DNA of 63,911 nt, taken from positions 1 through 63,911 of the forward strand of contig NZ_JAFATE010000506.1 of NCBI RefSeq assembly GCF_019244115.1. Reading direction: 5' to 3'. This DNA is from Bradyrhizobium sp. (lineage in GTDB: Bacteria > Pseudomonadota > Alphaproteobacteria > Rhizobiales > Xanthobacteraceae). The translations under genes and the position numbers were made by a program. The notes below the pieces were generated by a model. It ran no database searches and was not told where the DNA came from. It saw only the letters and a program-made list of their open reading frames with translations. This document shows positions 57,229 to 63,911 of this stretch, in pieces (position 1 is the first letter of the stretch; each line of letters opens with the position of its first letter).

Positions 57229-59382
57229 CTACTCCGCGAAGACGATCCGCCTCGCCTCGCGCCGGCGCTGCAGCCAGCCGATGACGGCGCCGCGCATGCG
57301 ATGGACGAAGCGGTCCCACCAGTTCGGATTGTGGATAATGTCGGCGCGATAGAACGACGGACACAGCACCGCCGCCTCGGAGACCTCGCCGCAATTGCCG
57401 CAGCCGACGCAGTTGTTGTCGATCGCGGCGACCGGATCGTCCTTGAGCGGATCGTCGGTGTGTTTGACCGACAGCGACGGGCAGCCGGACAGGCGGATGC
57501 AGGCGTGATCGCCGGTGCAGACGTCCTCGTCGACGCCAAAACGCTGCTTCACCACGCGCTCGCCGTTCTTGACCGCTTTAAGGAATTGCGGGCGGACGCG
57601 GCGCTGCTTGTTCAGCATGCATTCCGAGGAGGCAACGATGACCTTTGGCCCCTTCTCCCTGGTCGTCAGCGCCTCGCGCAGAGTGTCGCGCATCTTCGCG
57701 ACATCATAGGTGTGGTCGATCTGCCGCACCCATTCGACGCCGATGCCCTTGACTGCCTTGACGATCGAATTGTTGGTCTTGCGGTGCGGATTGAGGGCGC
57801 GGGAGGACATGATGTCCTGGCCGCCGGTCGCGGCGGAATAATAATTATCGACGACGAGGATGACGCCGTCCTGCTTGTTGAACACGGCGTTGCCGACCGA
57901 GGACGCCAGCCCGTTGTGCCAAAAGCCGCCGTCGCCCATGACCGCGATCGCCCGCTTGCCGGCCTCCACGTTGAACGCCGATGCCGAGGCCGGGCCGAGC
58001 CCATAACCCATCGTCGTGCCGCCGATGTTGAACGGCGGCAGGATCGAGAACAGATGGCAGCCGATGTCGGCGGAGACATGGTGCGGCCCGAGTTCCTTCT
58101 CCACGAGCTTCATCGCCGCAAAGATCGGTCGCTCCGGACAACCGATGCAGAAGCCGGGCGGCCGGGGCGGCACTACCTTGGCCAGCGCCTTTATCTTCGG
58201 GTCATTGAGAACAGGCGTCGGGTCCGGCACGGGCGGCTGGTTGCGCAGGAGCGTCCGCGCATGAACGGAGATGAACTCCCTGATGCCCTTGAGCATCACG
58301 GGCGCGGTATACTCGCCGCCCATCGGCAGCACGTCCTTGCCGGAGACTCTTGTCTGGATGTCGCGGCGGCACAAAATGGTGTTCAGTGCCTGCTCGATGT
58401 AGTCCGGTGCGCCCTCCTCGACCATCAGCACCGCCGTCTTCCCCGAGCAGAACGCGACGAGCTCGTCGTCGATCAACGGATAGGCGACATTCATGACATA
58501 CAGCGGCACAAGCGAGCAGCCATACACGTCGGCAAGTCCGAGCTGCTGCAGCGCGCGCATCACCGAATTGTACATGCCGCCGAGCATCACGATGCCGATC
58601 TCGCCCTCGCCGGGGCCGAACAGCTCGTTGAGTTTCCGCTGCTTGACGAACTCGACCGCGGCCGGCCAGCGCCGCTCCAGCTTGTCCTTCTCGTGCAGGT
58701 AATTCGCCGGCGGCAGCACGATGCGGTTGACATCGCGCACCGGATTTTCCAGCGCCTCGCGCAACGTATGCTTCGGCTTCTGATTGTCTTTGGCTACGAA
58801 CTGACCGTGCACGTGGCAGGCGCGGATCCGAACCTGGAGCATGACGGGCGTCGAGGACGCCTCCGACAGCTCAAAACCGTCCTCCACCGCCTTGACGATC
58901 GAGGGCAGGTTCGGCCGGGGATCGAGCAGCCAGATCTGCGACTTCATCGCAAAGGCATGCGAGCGCTCCTGCATGATCGAAGAGCCTTCGCCAAAGTCCT
59001 CGCCGATCACGATCAGCGCGCCGCCGATGACGCCGCCGGACGAGAGGTTCGACAGCGCGTCGGAGGCGACATTGGTGCCGGCGGTGGATTTCCAGGTCAC
59101 CGCGCCGCGCACCGGATACATCACCGAGGCCGACAGCATCGCCGCAGCAGCGGCCTCCGAGGCCGAGGTCTCAAAGTGCACACCAAGGTCCTGCATGACA
59201 TCCTTGGCATCGGCGAGCACGTCCATCAGATGCGAGATCGGCGAGCCCTGGTAGCCGCCGACATAGGCGACGCCCGACTGCAGCAGCGCCTTGGTGATCG
59301 CCAAAATGCCCTCGCCGCGAAAGATCTCGCCGGCGCCAAGCTTGAGATCCTGAACCTCGCGTTCAAAAGACCGTTCAGCCAT
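57229..59382 (-). CDS. iorA: indolepyruvate ferredoxin oxidoreductase subunit alpha
   Basis: GYQGSP, FCIGCPER, DIGCH, TPP motif GDGGFWHNG, Fe-S motifs CTGDHACIRLSGCP and CVGCGNC. Confidence 0.93.
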   Translation of the reverse strand: MAERSFEREVQDLKLGAGEIFRGEGILAITKALLQSGVAYVGGYQGSPISHLMDVLADAKDVMQDLGVHFETSASEAAAAAMLSASVMYPVRGAVTWKSTAGTNVASDALSNLSSGGVIGGALIVIGEDFGEGSSIMQERSHAFAMKSQIWLLDPRPNLPSIVKAVEDGFELSEASSTPVMLQVRIRACHVHGQFVAKDNQKPKHTLREALENPVRDVNRIVLPPANYLHEKDKLERRWPAAVEFVKQRKLNELFGPGEGEIGIVMLGGMYNSVMRALQQLGLADVYGCSLVPLYVMNVAYPLIDDELVAFCSGKTAVLMVEEGAPDYIEQALNTILCRRDIQTRVSGKDVLPMGGEYTAPVMLKGIREFISVHARTLLRNQPPVPDPTPVLNDPKIKALAKVVPPRPPGFCIGCPERPIFAAMKLVEKELGPHHVSADIGCHLFSILPPFNIGGTTMGYGLGPASASAFNVEAGKRAIAVMGDGGFWHNGLASSVGNAVFNKQDGVILVVDNYYSAATGGQDIMSSRALNPHRKTNNSIVKAVKGIGVEWVRQIDHTYDVAKMRDTLREALTTREKGPKVIVASSECMLNKQRRVRPQFLKAVKNGERVVKQRFGVDEDVCTGDHACIRLSGCPSLSVKHTDDPLKDDPVAAIDNNCVGCGNCGEVSEAAVLCPSFYRADIIHNPNWWDRFVHRMRGAVIGWLQRRREARRIVFAE

Positions 59383-59530
59383 GACATGCTCTCATCCGGT
59401 TGATCGATATGATGCGTTCCGCCTGGTGCGCGAACGGCCCCGCGGCGGCGAAAAATGGCCACGCTATAGAGAAGCCAGAATAGCAGGTGCGAAGGCCGCG
59501 CGCTTGCCCCGCGACGTTTCGAATTACTTG

Positions 59531-59559
59531 ATGTCTAAACATATGCATATGCATGTCAA
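59531..59559 (-). promoter_or_regulatory. putative iorA promoter with palindromic operator between -35 and -10
   Basis: Minus strand TTGACA followed by TGCATATGCATATGTTT and AGACAT; overlapping 12-bp palindromes CATATGCATATG (59540-59551) and ATGCATATGCAT (59543-59554). Confidence 0.6.
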
Positions 59560-59910
59560 TTGCCAGTCGCCTGCGCCTCGCCACGACGACTGGCATGGTC
59601 ACAGCCCTTTGCGCCCGACATCGCGGCGCTCGGACAGGCAGGATAGCGGCGGAAATATCAGTACAAGCCGGGCCATTCGCATCACCAGGCCGGGCATCGA
59701 CCACGCTGCGCCCAGGCCGTCGGCTGCTGACGTCGCTCGACAGAAATATGCCATCGCATATAACCAGCGAACCATCACCGTTGCGTTGACGCACGGCGCA
59801 TCGAGACCTAAAGTCGCCGTGCGGCGACAGAGCGCGCATTCGCGGACGATTGAAAGCCAGTACGAAGGCCCTCAGACGCGAGCTCGGCTCGCAATGAAAG
59901 GTGATCGACC

Positions 59911-60693
59911 ATGACGACGCCCGATCTTCTTGCTTTCGCCAGTGCCGTTTCGTCCGGTGCCATCCGCGTCATCGACCTGACGCAGACCCTGTCGGGCGAA
60001 TTTCCGACCATCGTGCTGCCGCCGGAATTCGGGCAATGCGCGCCGTTCCGCCTCGAAGAGGTGTCGCGCTACGACGCGCGGGGCCCGGCCTGGTACTGGA
60101 ACAATTTTACGGTCGGCGAGCACACGGGCACGCATTTCGACGCGCCGATCCACTGGGTCTCGGGCAAGGACCTGCCCGACAATTCGGTCGACACGATTCC
60201 GGCGGCAAAGTTCATCGCACCCGCCGCGGTGCTCGACTGTTCGAAGGAAGCGGCCGACGATCCCGACTTCATCCTGACCGTTCCCTTCGTCGAGCGCTGG
60301 GAGGCCGCGCATGGCCGTATCGAACCCGGCAGCTGGGTGCTGCTCCGCACCGACTGGTCGAAGAAGTCGCTGAAGGATTATCCCGGCCTGCGCGACGACG
60401 GCGCGCACACCCCGGGCCCGAGCCCGGAGGTGGTGAAATGGCTGGTCGAGGACCGCGACGTGCACGGATTTGGCACCGAGACGATCGGCACTGACGCCGG
60501 CCAGGCGCATCATTTCAACCCGCCCTATCCCGCGCATTTCTACATGCACGGCAAAGGCCGCTACGGGCTGCAATGCCTGACAAGGCTCGACGAGCTGCCG
60601 CCGAAAGGCGCGGTGATCGTCGCAGCTCCCCTGAAGATCAAGCAGGGTTCGGGCAGTCCGCTCCGCGTGCTGGCGCTGGTGCCGGGTCACTGA
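59911..60693 (+). CDS. cyclase family metal-dependent amidohydrolase, isatin hydrolase-like
   Basis: GEHTGTHFDAPIHWVSGKD, DCSKEAADDPDF, IGTDAGQA, APLKIKQGSGSPLR, as recalled for characterised isatin hydrolases. Confidence 0.88.
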   Translation: MTTPDLLAFASAVSSGAIRVIDLTQTLSGEFPTIVLPPEFGQCAPFRLEEVSRYDARGPAWYWNNFTVGEHTGTHFDAPIHWVSGKDLPDNSVDTIPAAKFIAPAAVLDCSKEAADDPDFILTVPFVERWEAAHGRIEPGSWVLLRTDWSKKSLKDYPGLRDDGAHTPGPSPEVVKWLVEDRDVHGFGTETIGTDAGQAHHFNPPYPAHFYMHGKGRYGLQCLTRLDELPPKGAVIVAAPLKIKQGSGSPLRVLALVPGH

Positions 60694-60919
60694 GCGATCG
60701 ATCTTGAGCCCCGCATGCGCCGCATGACATGCTCGCCCGTTTCCCGAGCCGGCTCTCCCGCGGACTGAAGCAGCGGGGCAAGGTGGTCGAACAGGGCAAC
60801 ACGTCAGAGGGATTTTGTCGTCCGCAGCACGCCTATACGCGCCTGTTGCCCTGCCCTCGGCCCAGGCCATCGACGAGTCATTGAACCACGGCTGAACCCG
60901 CTCGATCCCGTCCACCGCT

Positions 60920-62365
60920 TCAGCGGAGCTCGGGATCCGGATCGAGCGTCACCGGCTTTGCGCCGGGCCGGTCCACCCACTGCTTGCCGGTGTTGCCCTC
61001 GGTGAAGCTGGTGGCCGTCTCCGGCAGCATGGTCGCGTTCCAGGCGTTCCACTCCGCGACGAGGCGATCATAGATATCCTTGTGCCGCTCCTTCATGTTG
61101 GCGCGCTCCATCGGATCATCGGCGACGTTGAACAGAAACGTATTGTCCAGAATCTTTAAGAATTTCCAGTCGCCGATCCGCGCCGCGCGCTGCCACAGCG
61201 ACTTGTAGCGCCAGAACAGCCGGCGCTCGACCGCCGCCGCGCCGTCAGCGAGTTGCGGCAACAGGTTCATGCCGTCGGACGGGTAAGCCGGATCCGGCGC
61301 CGTGCCGGCGGCGGCCAACAGCGTCGGCAGCCAGTCCATGTTCGCGGTCACCTGCCCGCTGACGAAGCCTGCGGGAATCCGCGCGGGCCACGAGATCAGC
61401 GCAGGGATACGCAAGCCGCCCTCCAGAAGCTCGGTCTTTCGACCGCTGAAGGGCCAGGTGTCGGAAAATCGCTCGCCGCCATTGTCGCTGGTGAAGACGA
61501 CGATCGTGTTGCGATCGAGGCCGTTGTCCTCGATCGCCTTCAGGACACGGCCGACCTGCTCGTCCAGCGCGAGCACCATCCGCTTGTAGGTCTCGCGCGA
61601 GCCGCCATCATAGTCGCGCAGGTTGTGGCCACCCAGTCGTTCGGACTCGGCCTGATCGTCCGGCCCCTCCCATGGCCAATGCGGCGCGCTGAAATGCAGG
61701 CTGAGCAGAAACGGCTGGCGGGCCTTTGCATACTCCGCGATCACGTTAACCGCGCGATCGCCGAGCAGGCTCGTCAAATAGCCGGCCTGCGCGACCGGCT
61801 GATCGCCATCCCAGAGATCCGGGTTGCCGGCGCTGTTGACATGCAGGAAGTAGTCGACCACGCCGGAGCGATAGCCGAAGAAATGATCGTAGCCGCTCTT
61901 TTGCGGACTGAAATCCGGCAGGTTGCCGAGATGCCATTTGCCCACCAGCGCCGTGCCATAGCCCGCTTTCTTCAGCAGCGATGGCAGCGTCGGATGCTCC
62001 GGCGGCAGGCCGATGCCGGGCTTGGTGATCGGCGCGATCGGCTCTTCCAGCCCGACCGGCAAGCGGACTTGGTAGCGGCCTGTGATGATGGCGACGCGCG
62101 AGGCGGTGCAGACCGGCGAGTTGGCGTAACCTTGCGTGAAGCGCGCGCCGCGCGCTGCGATGCGATCGATGTTCGGCGTCGCATAGTCGCGGCGGCCATT
62201 GCAGGAAATATCCGCATGCCCCATGTCGTCGGCGAGAATGAAGACGATGTTGGGCCGCTCCGACGGCTGCTGGGCGAAGGCGGCGCCATCAGCGCCGATG
62301 GTCAGGGCGGCACCGCCTGACGCTGCGCTCCGCAAGATCGTGCGTCGCGTGTATGTGGCGGTCAT
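60920..62365 (-). CDS. Tat-exported sulfatase (arylsulfatase family)
   Basis: TRRTIL twin-arginine signal, PNIVFILADDMG, CTASRVAIITG, GKWHLG, FTSDNG. Confidence 0.93.
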   Translation of the reverse strand: MTATYTRRTILRSAASGGAALTIGADGAAFAQQPSERPNIVFILADDMGHADISCNGRRDYATPNIDRIAARGARFTQGYANSPVCTASRVAIITGRYQVRLPVGLEEPIAPITKPGIGLPPEHPTLPSLLKKAGYGTALVGKWHLGNLPDFSPQKSGYDHFFGYRSGVVDYFLHVNSAGNPDLWDGDQPVAQAGYLTSLLGDRAVNVIAEYAKARQPFLLSLHFSAPHWPWEGPDDQAESERLGGHNLRDYDGGSRETYKRMVLALDEQVGRVLKAIEDNGLDRNTIVVFTSDNGGERFSDTWPFSGRKTELLEGGLRIPALISWPARIPAGFVSGQVTANMDWLPTLLAAAGTAPDPAYPSDGMNLLPQLADGAAAVERRLFWRYKSLWQRAARIGDWKFLKILDNTFLFNVADDPMERANMKERHKDIYDRLVAEWNAWNATMLPETATSFTEGNTGKQWVDRPGAKPVTLDPDPELR

Positions 62366-62477
62366 CGGCTCCACTCCAAATTCGGGCGCTTTGCACGTTG
62401 ATCGACGATGTCGGTTGCGGATGCAAGCCGAAACGCGCGGAGCCCCTCAGCCCATGGAGCGGCAGATGCAAGCCGCC

Positions 62478-62651
62478 TCAGGCCGTATGTCCTGGATCGA
62501 CCGTCGCCGGCGTCTTCTTATCGCGCTGCGGCGTCATCTTGGCGGGATCCGGCGCCCCGGGCACGCCACGCGGCCCAAGCTGCTCGCGCTGGATATCGTC
62601 TTCGGATTTTTCCGGTTCGATCCCGTTGATCGGTCGTTCGGTCTGCTTCAT
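62478..62651 (-). CDS. small hydrophilic hypothetical protein
   Basis: GGAGA RBS before MKQ; ends DPGHTA. Confidence 0.6.
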   Translation of the reverse strand: MKQTERPINGIEPEKSEDDIQREQLGPRGVPGAPDPAKMTPQRDKKTPATVDPGHTA

Positions 62652-62709
62652 CGGCGTCTCCATTGCCATCATGCGCGTTCCGCGGGAGATTGCCTCGACG
62701 CATACCGGC

Positions 62710-62734
62710 AACTCCGCCAATAGGCTTTCGTTCG
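62710..62734 (-). promoter_or_regulatory. possible EcfG (general stress sigma) promoter
   Basis: Minus strand CGAAC-N17-GTT upstream of the gene at 62651. Confidence 0.35.
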
Positions 62735-62837
62735 CCGACCCGCGGATGCCCGATGCGGAAACCTGGACCTGCGTTGGAACCAATGCAGACCCAGGACATC
62801 AATTCCAGAGGGGGCCAAAAAGCGTGGCTCGATCGGG

Positions 62838-63089
62838 ATGAAAACGGGTTCCTGGCTCATCATCATTGTGCTGCTGGCGATCCTCGCGGCCGCCGGCTGG
62901 TTCGGTTACGCAGGTTTGACCACTGATCCCGGCGTGCCGATCTCGATCCACGGCTACATCGCGATGGCGCTCGGCATCTTCTTTTCGCTCGCCATCGGCA
63001 TCGGACTGATGGCGCTGGTGTTCTACTCGAGCCGCGCCGGTTATGACGAACCGCCGCACCAGATCGGCGGGCGTTCCGACGAGGAATAG
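62838..63089 (+). CDS. small two-TM membrane protein
   Basis: Two hydrophobic segments; HGYIAMALG..GLMALVFYSSRAGYDE. Confidence 0.8.
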   Translation: MKTGSWLIIIVLLAILAAAGWFGYAGLTTDPGVPISIHGYIAMALGIFFSLAIGIGLMALVFYSSRAGYDEPPHQIGGRSDEE

Positions 63090-63201
63090 CTGGCACGCCG
63101 GATGCGCTGACCACGGCGTTGAAAGCCGCCGCGATATGCCAACGACGCGATGGAAGCGCTCATGGCGCGATAGGGCGAGCGCAGCGTGCTTGCTCAATGC
63201 G

Positions 63202-63615
63202 CTAGTCGGTCGCAGGTACGGAGTGATGCTCGTGCGCGATACGCCAGTCGCCGGCGACCTTGCGCAAACCCACGGTCAGCCGAAACAGGAAACCGTCCTT
63301 GTCCGCGGGGTTGCTGGAGGAGTCGGGACCACAGCGCATGATCGCGACCGCAAAGGCGACGTCCTGGCCTGCGGTCACGCTGAGTTCTTCGATATCGAAG
63401 GCCGCTCCGGGCTTGTGATAGCGGAACATCAAGTCCCAGGTCTGTTCGTACGCCTCGATCCCCTTGCACTGCAGGGGCGGCGGCAAGTCGAACATCACGA
63501 TATCCCGCTCATGATGGGCGAGAATGGCTGGAACATCGTGCCGGCGGACGGCTTCCGCCCAGGATTCGAGAAGCGTCCTGATTTGGCTCTCTTCAATGTC
63601 GGCGTGCTCATGCAT
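63202..63615 (-). CDS. SnoaL-like / NTF2 family (YybH/DUF4440) protein
   Basis: IVMFDLPPPLQ..G, RLTVGLRK..GDWRIAHEHHSVP; GGAGG RBS. Confidence 0.88.
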   Translation of the reverse strand: MHEHADIEESQIRTLLESWAEAVRRHDVPAILAHHERDIVMFDLPPPLQCKGIEAYEQTWDLMFRYHKPGAAFDIEELSVTAGQDVAFAVAIMRCGPDSSSNPADKDGFLFRLTVGLRKVAGDWRIAHEHHSVPATD

Positions 63616-63911
63616 GGCTTTGCCTCCTTGGCAACCAGAGGACGAACGACCGGCCTCCAATCCGACATGAAGATGCGAAGGTTTCGCAACGCCTATCCCG
63701 CCGGTAGGCAGTTAGCAATTTGGTTGCAGTTCGGCACGTATGGTAACCGAAAGGGGGCGGACGAATCCTTTTGGCAGACCGCCGCTTTGCGCCGATGTCG
63801 ACAAGCGCCATGGACGTCAAACCGAGTGGCAGGGGCATCCTGCTGCGACATTCCGCCGCCGACGATGGAAGGGCTGGTTCGAAGCACTGTGACTGCGAGG
63901 CGCGATTGTGT

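Noticed and set aside
57175-59403. 742-aa plus-strand ORF
   Set aside because: Antisense shadow of iorA; no motifs, typical of high-GC codon bias
1-63911. CRISPR array, rRNA, tRNA, prophage or anti-phage defence genes
   Set aside because: No regularly spaced repeats, cloverleaf-like sequences, or phage/defence motifs recognised by eye

Overview
GC-rich alphaproteobacterial chromosome segment; gene content and the many small proteins suggest a Bradyrhizobium-like organism (inference). Left to right: (1) 1-4.7 kb, late cobalamin (nucleotide-loop) genes plus a shikimate dehydrogenase; (2) 4.8-7.3 kb, small hypothetical genes, one NepR-like, and two abutting pseudogene fragments (glycosyltransferase 5' part, EAL 3' part); (3) about 7.6-46.1 kb, a roughly 38 kb Wzx/Wzy-type exo/capsular polysaccharide locus. 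Its core is succinoglycan-like (exoY, exoL, exoA, exoO, exoU, exoQ-, exoT-, exoZ-like, exoB/galE, GH16 glycanase, two ExoP/Wzc paralogues, Wza), but exoM, exoW, exoH and exoV are not recognisable. It carries extra tailoring genes: a five-gene amino-sugar cassette with two aminotransferases, a methyltransferase, a divergent ATP-grasp ligase/flavin oxidoreductase pair, a PPP-type phosphatase and an HvyA/LapG-type cysteine peptidase preceded by a CtrA-like box; (4) 46-55 kb, small hypothetical/secreted proteins, a GFA protein, an oxidoreductase, a GNAT and a candidate structured RNA; (5) 55-60.7 kb, MarR + iorBA + isatin-hydrolase-like cyclase, resembling a reduced indole/auxin catabolic module; (6) a Tat-exported sulfatase and small genes. 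No rRNA, tRNA, CRISPR array, integrase or transposase was seen. All calls come from motif recognition by eye; no database search was run.
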